Below, one piece after another: positions 43,181-57,385 of a stretch of 64,000 nt of DNA. The DNA is taken from assembly GCA_965637545.1 (NCBI GenBank), contig OZ281498.1, forward strand, positions 9,486,001-9,550,000, read 5' to 3'. The notes under the pieces were generated by a model. That model ran no database searches and had not been told where the DNA came from. It worked only from the letters and a program-made list of their open reading frames with translations. Origin of the DNA: Phallusia mammillata (lineage: Eukaryota). Both the position numbers and the translations under genes were made by a program. Numbering within the stretch: the first letter of the stretch is position 1; every line of letters begins with the position of its first letter.

Positions 43181-46100
43181 TCGGCTTACAATCAGTCATT
43201 GGATTCAATCTTGGTGAAACACGTCTGATTGCGTTTTGTGTGACGCGCGGTGCTCTTTTGTTTGCTTATTCAACCCGCGTAAAGCCACCTGTTCTGTTTT
43301 CATTTCCAAGTGAAACTTAACGAATGCACTGATGTGTGTTGAAAACCCCGAGCGCAACTGAATGTAGAAAACCTGTACACACCGACAGAGCTAGTGCGTC
43401 AACTGAATTCCGTATCTTATTGTACGAAAACAAATTGAAAGCAATTTGCGTCAGAGCTCTCCATAACGTCATGTCTGTTAATCACAATGCCTAGGGTGTC
43501 GCAATCTTTTGTTTTGCGAAATTGTCGTGTTTACAACATTTGATTGTCGCGACATATTGTTTTACCCGGCCCACTTTGATCCCACAACGGTTTTTGTTTC
43601 ATTTGACGTCCCAAGTGTTGTTGCAATGTCTATGAAGTTGTCCATGATTACTCAAGGGATTTACAAGTCGCCACTGGTGTAAATTATATAGGTTCGTAAG
43701 TTCAACTCGTTTATGAGTTTACCGCTTGGGTATGCATCAGTATGCAAACTTGGCTTGTTTTATAAAAGCTATACTAGCTCTACGGTGTATTTCTTTCACC
43801 TACTGCACTGATGGGACCTTGTAGGTCGGAAAATATGTGCTTAGGATTTCTGCAACTGGTAAAAATCCCAACCCAAGTTGTAGATGAAATTCGAAGCATG
43901 TGAATTGTTTGTTTTAATTATTGTACAATTTTTTTTCAAACAAAAACAAAATCGCCAGACTTTAAAATGCGCTAAACCGGATTTTGATTTCCACTTAAGT
44001 TTTAAGTCCACTTTGTGACCACTTAAATATAAGGATATCCAATTTTCCCATTACCCTTAAAACCATTGCCTCTTACGGGGCGGTTCCTAAAACAGGTGTA
44101 AAACCAAAATCCGGTCAATTACATGGGGTTATGTACTCACAAATTGGTTAAACCCCCTTACTGTCGTCTGGTAATCTTATAACCATCTGTGTATTGAGAA
44201 AACACCAACAAACACGGCTTGTTGGATTCGGAAGCCCTTATCATAAGGGTTTACATTGATTTAAGCGTTAACACTTGATTTGTTGCTTGACGCATGTTAG
44301 CTAGTGACAACGCAGTGTCTCTACGTAAAACTGACCACATAATCCGTCTCAATAAGACCCTACGTGGTTCTGAGGGCACCGGTTCAACAATATCACCCTG
44401 AAACGAACCCGCGTTGCTTTAGAGACAAATGAGTCACTGGCTGTTCGATTTGCACACAGCTCACTGCTTACGTTCAAGACATTGCTTATTGCTGGTAAAC
44501 ATGGTATATGATGACCTTACGGTTAGTTTGTGACCTTGTCATATAACAGGTGGCTTCTGTATGGCAGCGTTTGGGTATAATACGAAAAGCGGGCACTTGT
44601 GACTTTTTCGTTTGACATCGTTAAATAAACAGGCTCTGTGCCTAGGTGTAATCTTCAGCTCAGATCTAAGTAAGCTGTCATAAAGCACCCACGTTCAATG
44701 CCTTCTTCGCCGGCACGCAGAATATCATTTAAATCGAATTAGGGGTCGCCAAATTGCCGGAGAATTGCCTTGCACTCATGAAACTCACTTATTTGCACGA
44801 TCCCGAAATAGAGCAGCCACAAAAGCCCATCCAGGGCCAAACGTCCAATTTTCTAGATCGCGGATTATGGTTTCAACTGGCGGAGGGTTCATTATACGCT
44901 TACTCATAGCCCTTATGACTCCTCCCTGGGCCCTGTATACGGGGTTATCTTACCATTTAACGATGCTGCGTTTGGCAACTGCTCATGATTTTTATAATGG
45001 CAACCGAGGCCAAAAGCGGGCAACTACTTGCGAAATTTGATCCTAATCGTTGTGGTGTGGAAAGCTATCTCACCTGGTAATTTGCGATAATCCAAGCGGA
45101 CTTGTAAGAAAATATCAAAATCGGACCATTTTTAATCTTGCACAGATCAGTAAGCAGTGTCCTTATACCTTGTGGTTCATTTGCATTTTCAAAATCGAAA
45201 CGATCATGCATGGATTTCCCAAACGTGCTTTTCGATGTAACTTAAAATATTAAAGTGCAACCACTTTACTAATGTTTGGTCTCGAATGTAAAGGGGAGTT
45301 TTTTGCAAATAAAGCATCATTTCGTGTTAACACACCTTGTTGCTGCAAAACTACCAGCAAACGTTGACCACGCATTTGAATTTGACGAACTTTCTGTGTA
45401 AAAGGGGTAAAATCGTGTACTGTTTTGTGCAACCGTGCTTCGAGTTCTTGGCTGAAAACAAATGAATGCCATGATGTCGGTTGATCGTTTTTTATGATTT
45501 GTCAGATTAATGTTTTACAAAAAGTTGGTAATGTGGTTTCAAAAGCAAAAATGGCGACAAAAATCTAGAGAGTTTATTTACTTGGCTGAAAGAGACTTTA
45601 AAATCCCCCGCAGTTAATTTCTTCCGTTTTAAGAGTTTACCGTTTTGGAAGTGGACTTAGGCTGGTATACACGCAGCTTATCAAAACATCTGCTATTTAA
45701 AGAGGGCAAAGAGGATTTACGACCAGCGGCCATTGTAAAAATCACGTGCGACAGTTTGGACCGCCTAGGAATTTTGCTCGATAATTTTAGTGTAGGGATA
45801 TTAACTTTGCCTAAAGTTTTCCGAAAATATCCAGCCGAGGATTAATTATGTTTGTGACTGTCAGCCTACGTTTACAACTCTCACAAATAATTGCTCACCA
45901 CCAAACTCTGAACCAACTGGTTTACCTTGATGGTCTTGACCTGGTTTACAACATAAAAATGACCCAACAATGCTATTCAGAATGACATGTGACAACCCAC
46001 CATGTCCCACAACCAACAGCTTACACTTGACAGCCCAGAGAAAAACATCCAGGCCAACAAGGGAATAGTGACATTTCGGTGCAACTTTGCATAGTCACCA

Positions 46101-48374
46101 GTTAAGTTACTATTTGCGGAAGCAACAAAGAGCCACGGTGGCACAACACTAAAATACGTCTGAAAAAAAAACAGTACATACAAAGGTGTGAAGTTGAATA
46201 AACAAAAGCGTACAGGAAAAATTACCGAAACCAGGTAAACGTCCATCAGGTTCAAACAAGGTAGACGTCGATCAGGTTCAATTTCTTATTCCCATATTTT
46301 ACCACTTCCTATTTTGCGTTGATAATAACCTGTAGTATGACAATATGTTTTGATCACTTCGACTCCATCACGTCGCCAGTTATGTGTACTTAGGGTCGAA
46401 CCTCATCGACCCTGTGTTCAAGAGTAGCACGTAAACAGAAAGGCCTTGTGCATAATTACACCGCCCAAACACGTTACCTTGTTGATTCCAGCTTCCGAAA
46501 GCTCCTGAAATTGATTTGCCTTCGAGTCCCGTGGAGTTTGACTGAAGGCTTTGCGGTCTGTGGCCATTATCCCGACGAAAAAAGTCGTTGTTTGGCGCAC
46601 AGGGCGTTTTGCGCACCTATAGCGAGGCGCACTCTTGCGGTGTGGCCGTGAATTTTTGATTTATTGCCAGCCTCACCTTATTGTATTCAATAGTTGTTGA
46701 TAAAATGGATATTATATTCTTTACATGTAATATATCAGAGTGATCGATGTGTTTCTCCTCATGGCGCACCTTGGTTGCTATAGCACTTTGTCATCAAGCA
46801 GGGTTTAGCTGTAGCATATGAAAATCCAACAGCACTACCTTTAAGGACTGAAAATCTAGCTCTTTGTTTTGCGCCGTTTATATTAAAATGGTGGTCTTAA
46901 ATTTCGCTCTAGGTTCCAATGTCAATTTTAGACGGTTATCACGCAACCAGGCGTCACAAACAAACCCTAACAGTTTTAGCTCACGTGGTACAATTTGAAC
47001 GACCGGTAGTTCCGCACAAAACACCGGTATTTGTCCAGCTGTGACCTCCGCACAACCACCCCAACAAGCGCCCTTTCCTGGATATAACATCACTACCCCA
47101 CTGTCGCCGTCATTAACGCCGGTATAAAAATACAGCGAAGTTTTGTGATGGAAATTGACTGTTATCAGGAAGGAGTGTGTAATTTTTTTGTTACTAATGG
47201 GCCAATGCTATTAACACCATTAGGTCTTTTTTCATTAAGTTGACATTACTTTGTTGCGTACCAAACACGGGTATACTGAGTTAACCGTAAAATGCGCAAG
47301 TGTTTCTAGCCGCATTGTTGGGTTGCAGAAGAAAGCAATGACCGGTTTAAAAATGAAATAGTTTAGGGTCAAAAATCGAAATGTCACCGCCGGCCGCAAA
47401 CGTTTATAGATGGGCCACGTTTGGCCTGTGGGCTCCAGGTTACACACCCCAGTTATTCAGCATTAGGTAGAAAGTCCACAAAATGGTGCCACCTGGTTAG
47501 TTCTAGACCGGTTTAGTTCATCACCCACAAACATACGATTGACGAAATTGAAAAAGACAAGCACAAAAAAAACTAAATGGGCCGCCTTGTATAAAGAAAA
47601 CGAAGTTTCGCCTGTTTACTACCAAATCTCCCACCCACGCATAGGTTTCAGTTAATTACATCATTACATCGTTCTTGTCTCATTATAATCACCCAATGTA
47701 GTATTAGGCATAGCCAATCAGGCCGTGCTATGCCATCCATCACATTCGGGGTGTTACGGAGAGTCCCCTGATACTGAAAGGCAACACAAGTCCATCTGTG
47801 AAAAGTGGGAAAGCCTTTTCTCCCCCAGCTGGCTAATTCAATTCATGCGTAATTGGGCCGGCTAATCGGGCGTCCAATAACACAAGCGAGTTATCGAGTG
47901 ATTTTCAGCGACAAGCAAACGACGGCTTGTCGCGACTCAAACAAACAAGAAGACAAAGAGCGTCCAGACTCATTGTGTTAGATTCCCTAACCACCAGACG
48001 CTGGTTTCCCAAAATTCTCGACATTTTCTCAGTTTCATTCCACACCGCACTGGCGAAGCGACAAAGCCGGCGCTCTTTTCCATAATGAGCCTTTTGCTAA
48101 TAATATATTCAGTTCCCGGTGGGACTGGCGGCTGCTCCGTGCTCGTGCTATAGACCTAGTGTTTACCGCTGCTGCGTTGGTAGGGGTTTGTTTTCACATT
48201 GAGGCGTGGGTTTTCCCTTTGCTGTCGGTTATACTTGTGTCGCATTCGACATGCAAAGATCCCAGGAGGATCGCCGCGGCACCGGGACAAGTTCATGAAA
48301 CTTTTTTCCCACACTGACGCCAGGACTGAAATCGCTGATGAAATGTTTGCTGAATGATAAACGACCGTCTACTT

Positions 48375-48780
48375 CAGTGGTTCCCAAACTTTTTCATATT
48401 TTTTGCAAAACGGTCCCTTTGCCATTTTTTCGAGGGCTCGCGGTCCTTAAACCCAAATGTACGAAAGTTGATTGCATGATTTTAGCTAGTTATGCAAAAT
48501 TGCGCATAACAATCATCCAAAGACAGCATATGACATCACAAACAGGACAAAATCATTACGATTGTGCGCGAACAATTGCATTTTTGATAGTTGTCATTTA
48601 ATAAAGGCCATTGTTTAGCAATGGAGACAGTCGATTCTCAATTCTACTTTGATTTAAACTTATTTAGTGGTACAAACTGACGCCAAATAAGATTATAGAA
48701 TTACTTCAACCGCTTCGCGGTCCCCCAAAATTGCCTCACGGACCCCTAAAGGACCGCGGACCCCAGTTTGGGAACCGCTG
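48375..48780. mobile_element. hAT MITE
   Basis: TIR CAGTGGTTCCCAAACT / AGTTTGGGAACCGCTG; perfect TSD GTCTACTT. Confidence 0.92.
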
Positions 48781-51700
48781 GTCTACTTGCTCTTTTTACC
48801 ATTTCTCGTGCAAATAAAAGCGTTTGAACTCTTTCCAAGTAAAATAAGTTTTTAAGAGCAAAAATCATATCTGATTGAAAAACATATAACGGTTTACCAT
48901 AAAATTAATTGGTTGTATGCGGAAGTATGTCCTATGCCGCTTCTTCGCCACTCTTTATTTTTAAAATTAACACAACTTGTTTTTGCTTTTCCTATGGAAA
49001 TGCGTAGCAACAAAAAAAAACGGTTCAATAGAAAAAGCTCTTCTGAGAATTCCAAATCCTGGAATCGAAAAGCCTATTTGTCCAGATACATCACGCGCCC
49101 TCTCGCAAACCCGGCATTAGACGACATTTAAAGGAGAGATTCAGTTAAGATTGATGAACGCTCTGGTTGCTGGCTGTCATAACGCACTCCGACGATCGAT
49201 GACCGGCGTCCCTCAGGGGGCTCGTTGCTTTTCTTCACCAAAGGATGATTGACTTGTCCGTTGAAAAACGAGTCTCTTTTCGGCACTGGATCAGCCCTGC
49301 GCTGGCGTGTTAATATCTATTGCTTGAGTTTGGCTTGTGGCACGTTGCTTGACAATACAAGCGGATGTATACCTGGTGCAATTGTTGTCTCAAGATAATT
49401 TGAGGTATTTCTGCATTTTTGTCAGACTACGCTAATATATGGCTTTGCATTAATTTGGACAACAGTAATTTTTGTAACGATGTATTATCTACGCACAAAC
49501 CACATGGCAATTTTGTCTTTAATCGGTCTGCTTACAAACGTTAAAAATAACACTGTTTGTGCTTTCAGAAAGTTTGACATATGCCTACACAGTCGAACAA
49601 AGTAGACATGGTCTGTCGTGGCATTATACCCAGTTTCAAATCGAATGCATCTGTTTTGTTCAAATTACGTTATCTGAACTTAACTTAATTTATACAATTT
49701 ATAAGTGGTTTTAACATGGGCGCCCTGCTGTTAAGAAAACAAAGTGGGAAAACAGGTTAAGAACAGTGCAATATACAATACTAAAAATCTGATTTGATTT
49801 ATATTGACATGTTTCTTAGTAAAAGGTTGCTGGTACAGGTTTACTATGTTACCAATGCCACCGCTCCACAAAAATTCGTCGCCCAGATTTTTTATGACAA
49901 TTTTCAAAAGGTTGATCATCATAATATTGACTCTTTCTGTAAATCTTTACCGTAGACCTGGTGTATTTTGTTGTCAGGCTGCGGCATAATTGTGGGGTTT
50001 TCAGCAAACTTGTGCGGTTTATTGAAACTGGAGTTTCTAATTAGGCGGCATTGCGCCGAAGCTTAGCTTTGTGGCTCCAACTTGGCACCGCAGAACATTT
50101 GGTTTATGGCTTGTTACACATCGGTGGTCCGATTTTATGATTCTGACGCACAATATCGTTTATAGCCTTTTAAGACTATTTGTACTTTTAATTGCCTCCA
50201 ATGATTTGCGATTTGTTTAAATCTATTACGTCAGCAATAGGTTAAATCGATATTGCTTATGTCATGCAAGGTGGTTGCTCTCCTTGCACTTGCTAATGAA
50301 CAGGTGTGAAGCATCTGCCAAGCAGCAGCCACAAAGCATGTTGTTTTTTCCCGATGTCTGGCATCTTTGAATGTGGTCGTGTGGTTGTCAATTTGTTGCA
50401 TGCACGTTTGTGTTGCGGTTATGACCCTGCGGTCGTTGACATTTACCGTTTGTGGTGCGCTGTCGCATGTTTGCGGTGTGTTTGTTTCGCAGGCTATACA
50501 TATGGGTAAAATGCTTTTTCCTAACTTTTATGTTCAAAATACCACACAGTGTTTTAGCTACATCAAAACAGCACAACTTGTTATGAGATGAACCAAACCA
50601 GTACTCCACTACTCGGTACTAAGCTTTATAAATTAATGTTTAAATTCATATTTTCGTTGCATAGTTATATCGAATAAAGGTATTAACGAAACTTATATAA
50701 TTCGATCGTCATCAAACACCTACCCCCCTTAAGTTACGCCATGTACACTTTGATGGAAGGTTAAAACACAAATGTTGCAACATTTATAAACATGACCATG
50801 TTATTGTTACGTAACATGTGTGACGCGTAAGCGTTCGAGCATTCTCGGCGAATCAGAAAACATGAAGTTTTGGCCTCGCCTTATAAAAACCACACTTCGG
50901 CAGCCTTTTTTGAGGTTAACCAAGCGGTATGTATTTTTTTCGTTATAGGTCTCCTTCCCTGAACACTACTTTTTATCTTTTTTTGTCAAACGCATATCCA
51001 TTGAGTTTGATTTAGAAAGCGTGTTTCAAATTTATTTAGGTGACAGATAGTCTTCTGAAGTAGTTTTGATACAAACTTTGAACCAGCTTTTAACCCACAG
51101 GTCCCAAAACGTTAAATGTTTATTGAGGTAAGCACTTACAAGCCAAATAAATTGAAACACGTCATCGAATGTCAGCACAGCCTGACGAGAAAATTGTTTC
51201 TTTGTTTGAAACTGGCCTTAGCAACACATCACGTGAGAACAGGATTGAAACACGTTGATCGTTAACTTGTTTTATCGCGGTTGTATAACCTTACTGAGTC
51301 AATAGTCTTTTTCGTAATGGCCCTTTGCTGGTGCACAGTAAAGGCCGGACAAATATTGTCACGTCAAAGTACAATGTGTCTCGCATTTTAACGGAGGCAG
51401 CTAAAGTACTTATTCTTTTGTCATTAAACCCGGCGTTTTTCTCTGTATCATATCGCTAAGCCGGCTTGCGAAGTAGGAGATAATGCCGACCTCTATTTGC
51501 ACGGTGAGATATTTTTAGCAGCGGGTTTGTCTTTGGCAAATAACGCTTTTCTCATCTTTTGTGTACGAAATCGATAGCACGGGGCAAATGATTGGCACAC
51601 GGCAGGACAAAATCACACGACCGCCCCAGCGCCTATATGACACCATTGTTCAAGGGGTAACTAATGTCTTCCCAATATTGACCCCGCGGGGGTGGAATCG

Positions 51701-54700
51701 ATGCTTGGTCGAGTGCTCCAGGTCGATACGAACATTATTCGAATGTTTGCTATCACGTGTTTTGGGTGTTTGCGCAAATATTACGTCGTCGAGCAATGAC
51801 CCTGGATCATAATGCAATGCGCGTCTCGTAAATTTATATCATCGATTTTGTGTCGATAACCGATTAAGCGCATTTTTCGTTCCCTCGAAGGTTTCACCAG
51901 CTGACAGATTACAGAAAATACACTTGAGGCGTCAGAGTGCAAATCTTGAGATTTTGAGCGGTGTGCAATTTTGTCATGGGTGTTCCAAAACACCAGGCCA
52001 AAGCATAACCGAAACATTGCTTCAAAGAATATGTATTTGACATAGGGTTTTTGCATTTTCAGTTCCTTATTTGAATAGAATATTTTATTTGATATTAACT
52101 GTTAGGCGCCAACGGTATTATTTCGACTTTGCGCCGGCCCCCAATTTATCCGCAAATGCAAATCAGTTTGCATGGGAGAAAACGGCGGCAATGTGAATAA
52201 TTCATGACTGTTTGACACCGGGTTATATAATTACCAGGGCCTCAAAAACAGAAATGGCTTGCAAGAGCTCACGCGAATTATGTTTGTTGCCGCTTGCCTT
52301 GTCCAGTTTTGCCGACAAACCACAGATAAACTATCGCTCGTGGAGCTCGAAATTTGACCCGATGTTATCACGACGCAGAGTTTAACGTTATTTGAACGGC
52401 AAGCAAGATATGCTTTAACTAGGCCCTACACAGCACAATATTTCATAGACGCGCCCTATAACAGCTCAGCACTTCGATCAGCTGTTTCTGCCTGTATTGA
52501 ATACCTTCGTTGTATACTTTCAATTTTCATTATTTTCTGCCGCGTCGGCAATTTTTGACTTGCGAAGCGCGACTTTAAGAAAGAGACAACCGGTGAGCGC
52601 TTCTCCTGCAATACAAACAAAGATACAGGGACCTCTGTGGGCTTACAGCATTGTTAACGCTCTCGCTTAAGGCCGAGATTTATCTTTTAGTTAACGGCGC
52701 GACGGGCTCTGTCAAGAGATTTACCAACTTGTTTTTGTTTCCAAATCGGGCCTTGCTACTGCTGGATAACGCGATTAGAAGACACGGTTTCAGATTACTG
52801 GACCTTAACTGAGCAGAGAAATTTAAATCAATGTTTACTAAAACGCTTGGGTCAACGCGTGATGACCCAGAGGCGAGTTCACTCATTTTTCTGAGCGCAT
52901 GTTAAATAACACCACCAAGGCAAACATAGACCGTAGCCGCTGTGTTTGCTCTTGGTAAACCGCGTCGGCGCGAAGAATTTAAACATGTGCTCCGGGCGTG
53001 GTGCAATAATCAAAAGCTGCAAAATGCATTTATGCAACTTCAGACAAACCCTTTTTTGTACCCGCTGTTTTTGCTGTAGTTTCGTAACAAGCAAATTCCA
53101 AGTGGGTGTTGATGCAAGTTGGATGTTGTTGTTTTACCTTTAAGGCAAAAACTCAATTTGCTTTTCAAGTGACTTAAAAATCGTTTTTGATCACGACTGC
53201 ACTTACAGTTATGAATTATGCACACTTCAAATGACACATAATTTTATTGTTTAACTTTTTACAATGGGTAGAAATCATAGCTAGTTTTCACTGGAACCCT
53301 AATTGCTTTGGTTAAATGGTGCAAACTGAAAAAAATGTGTTCTAATAATGATAGTTGGTTTGTTACTTTTAATAATAGGGTAAAAATCAAACGGTCAAAA
53401 TTTGTGTTGAAATAGATTTAGGAATTGGTTTTTTTGTCTTAACGCAGATTTTAGATTCAAATCCATCAAATCTAGCCCTGGGTTTTGTGTGTACAATCAC
53501 ACTAAGCTCTGCCGGAGAAAGTCTCATCGTTATTGCCGGTTTCAACAACCCGATATCATGTACGTAAATCCCTCTGTCAAAATACACTTGATCTATGAGA
53601 TGAGCTCTTTCCCGCGTGGCCAATTACTCGAAGATACCACTCGAATTTTGAATCGCAAATTGCTAGTGCCGTCTGCATTAGCGCGCGACCTGTCGCCAGC
53701 AGAAGCCGGTGCGGCCTGAAAAGTAGATTGCTGCACGGGTGTAACCTCTTATGCTATCTCCTTGTTGCTAAGAGGCGCGGACCGGGCCGCTTAAAGATAT
53801 AAACTTGTCCTATGGGTAACGCCGGCTGCTGCGTTTGCCGAAGCAAAGTGCACGTACCTGTTTTGTTTACTTGTAACCTGTCACTCAACGCGCTTAAAAA
53901 AGGTGATAAAGACGTTTTGGCGGGCGCAATGCAAAACCTGTACCTTGAAAATGCCAAAGATATTGTCTCTGCGTAGGTAATTGGACCCACACACGTTTAA
54001 AACTGTTCCTCGTATGCGCTAAGATTTCATGGATCATTTCGAAAGCCACAACCTGGAACTAATTAGTTTCACTTTAACTAATTCGCCGAAACACCAAAAG
54101 TATTGGGACCGCAAGTGTAAAGTTTAATTGACAAGAGAACCCGAAAGCGAACATGTTTGCGCAGTTTTTATGGGTAACAAAACCCCGCGGGGTCAACCAC
54201 CGGTGAATTTCTCTTTAAATTTTCAATGCCTTTTGTTGCCTCGTTTTGCAAAGTTTAAGCGGTGGAAACGCCTACATATTTGTTGTGCATCAGCGCCAAC
54301 GGAGCCGATTTTTTCGGACAATGGCCGCCTCCACACTGAAACGCTGGCATTTCCTTCGCTCGACAAGAGAGCACGACTCTGCGTTAATTAGTTCTCTGGA
54401 TTACTCGGTTAATCGCGAGTTGCTGTATTTGGCCTCTGACCTTTTTGCCCGAAATGTCACTGCGCCCGTTTTCTTTACAAACCTTCGTTGCTGTGTCGAC
54501 CCTCTGTTAATCGGTTGTTGGTGAATTGGTTGAATTTCCGATTGTTCAGTCCTTATAAGGACTATACTCTATGCATGTTGTCACAGCATTTCTCTAAAAC
54601 CCTGTTTTGTTTCAAAATTTATAAGAACTGAAAGGGTGAATAGGGACCTATCAAAAAAGCAAAGGTTTAGAGGCATGAACATTTGTCGAACCTTATAGAA

Positions 54701-57308
54701 TAAACCAGGTCCTTTTTTGCGTCTGGTCGGTCCACAATTCCCAATTACATAGTCAGATTCGCGTATATTGGTCTTTTGTCTACCATTGGTTCACCACCTC
54801 GCAATGGTTTTTGTAATTACGGCGAGGGCAAATATTTTTGGAAAAATGGATTAACAAATAGACATGGTTTAAAAATACCTTTTGTATGTCATAATACGCA
54901 AACGAAAAAGGCTTCAGATTATCAGCCTAGGGCCCACCATCCCCGGAGGCTAAACCTGTTATTGCATAGAGCGTGCCTCTGCGCCACCCGAACAGTACCA
55001 AGCTTGTCAGGTCGTGCAGCAACTCATTGCAGCATCAGCGAGCGAATAAGACTCCGCCGGTTGCCAATTCGACACTTAATTCCCTAATTGTCTTCCCCCG
55101 TTCCCGTTGTTGCCAATCCACAAGCACCAGTCGGGCGCGCAATGACTTGTCGGGCTCTTAACGTCCCTCGCACAATAGGGTGGTGTTACATTTTGGTGAT
55201 AAACAGCCCGTTCTCGCCTTAATCGCTCGTGGTGTTTATGTGCTGTTGACCTAGTTTCTCTCGAGGTTCGCCTGAACTCGCTGCACGATGTCAAAGTGTT
55301 TACAAGCGCAACCGGCCTTTACTCGCCTAGGTTTGTTTTCGCCTTGCTCCTAGGAAGTCGACTCGTAACTGATGCTGAATGGAAGCGCCGAACCATTACC
55401 GAGCCGCGACCTACTTTGTGATCGTGCTCCGTGCAGAAACAAATGCCGCTGTGCACCCTTGTCAACATTAGCTTGACACGGGTGTCTTGGCCAAGTGTTG
55501 GGGCTTTAAAGGTCATTTTTTCACTTGGAAATGAAGTCTTGCGCGACCAGCGGGTCATTTAAACGCATCCAATCGCAAATTGTTTGCACAAAAGTGGGTC
55601 AAACGAAATCTGATGCTCAAACTGCAGTCGGTAAATAAAGTCCTTAACCCGCCACTGTATTTGCAAGTAAAAAAAAAAAACGCTTAATAATGTCTTGTGA
55701 AGGATCGTGAATTATTGGTTTTCCATGAGTGCAAACCATATCTCACTTGTAAGTCTTTGTTTTTGCAAATTGACACACTAGAACCCTCCATTAACGTTGT
55801 TTGTCACGCCAAAAGCAGTTTTTATACATCATATCGTAGTTGCAACGTAATTTGATTACACATTTTTTTGTTATTAGTCTAGAAAGCCTTTTTGGATGCC
55901 GTGCCAATAAAACAGTTTTGAAACCACTGTTTCAGGTGGCTATGCGCAATCCAAAACAGGCGGCTTTTTCTATGCGTGGACTTCACCTATTTCATTTTCT
56001 TTCATATGCTCACATCACACCAACCGGTGGTAACCCACGGTCATGATACTCTTTCATATAGCACGTCACTAAAGTGGAAACTTCTTTGTTGTGACACAAA
56101 GCATGTCCTAGCGTTTCAGCGGTCACGCGAAAACAATAAATTACCCACCCTTTTACTCCGCTTAACTATGATGTTTTTTGGAATCGAGGTTATGTTTTTT
56201 TCTCTGATGCAAACCTACTGTTTAACCACCTTATGCAGAAAAAGTTTAAATGGAGCTACTGGGGCAAATGATACATGTGCACCGCTCACACGTTCTTAAC
56301 CAATATGCAAATCTAGGAGATGCGCTATACTGACTGGTATATGACCACAACTTGCACATCTGTTGTTCACAATGTTTTTTCGGTGCACTCCAGGAGCTTG
56401 TGTGTATGCCCAAAAACATGAAAAGTTATGCTGTACATGAACTGGTGTGTAGCTCCAGCGTGCACATTTTAAGTTGCTTACAGTGGTTCTCAGTCTACTA
56501 ATAGAGCTTGTGTGCATGTCCAGACACATACAAATCTATATTGTATTTGACAAGTTTCAAAATTACCGCCTTGGTGGGGCTATTACCTCAAGAGGAAAAT
56601 TAAAATCCACCCATTCTTCGACTCGCGACACCCGTCAACGATTTAATTCTTGCGTGAAATCGACCAGCTGGAAAATGCGCTTTCACGAAGTTACACAAAC
56701 AAGGGAACGAATCGGTTATTTACTTGCGTCTCTTTCATTGGTTTCATAAAGTCAGGCGATTCGTATTGAAGATTGTCCATCCTGAACCATCAATGTTTGC
56801 TTCTCCATGCTCCAGTGAAGCTCCATGGCTCTGAACGGATTAGCCTTTGCGCAAATTCGTATCATCGCACGGCATTGATAGATTGCAACCGTTTCCCGAC
56901 ACCTGGCTTCCATTGTGCGATCCTGTTTTGAAAGTCCCCGTGGAAGTTTTTTTCTTTTCTGCGACGCGCGCTAATTATTTTGCCTATGGAAGTTTTGAGT
57001 GACGTGATTGGATGAGAATAAACACGTGAGTGAGTTATACTGCGCCTAGCACAAAATTGAGGGTAATTCCTTTTTCCCCTTTACAATGTCTTCCTTTTAA
57101 ATCGAGGCGTCCCCAAATTTGGTGTAGCATTTGTTTGCGATCGCAAGGATGTCGCAACACTACTCTCACTTTCGCCATCAAACTCTTAAGACTCCATAGA
57201 TTACTCATGATTGACGTCGGAAACGAATAATAGAACTCTATAAACGTTTATATCAAGTGCCACACTTGATTTTATTTGTAGTTTATATAGTTCAGTACAA
57301 CGCGTTTA

Positions 57309-57385
57309 AGGTTAAGAACCACCAACGCACAATATATAAGTCCAAAGATACACCAAAAACATAGGTCAGTGGTTCTTAACCTGGG
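57309..57385. mobile_element. Isolated hAT-type termini in tail-to-head arrangement
   Basis: AGGTTAAGAACCAC (57309) and its exact reverse complement GTGGTTCTTAACCT (57369); partner ends not found. Confidence 0.45.

Noticed and set aside
46087-46098. TTGCATAGTCAC, identical to the first 12 nt of miR-153
   Set aside because: The rest of the mature sequence differs and there is no full-length complementary arm.
52066-52081. Minus-strand ATTCTATTCAAATAAG resembling the Ciona spliced leader ATTCTATTTGAATAAG
   Set aside because: Two mismatches, followed by GA rather than the GT donor, and AT-rich enough to be a chance match.
52680-53623. Two protein-looking minus-strand ORFs (52680-52886 and 53387-53623)
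   Set aside because: Near-cognate starts right after stops, no convincing splice sites, no recognisable homology.
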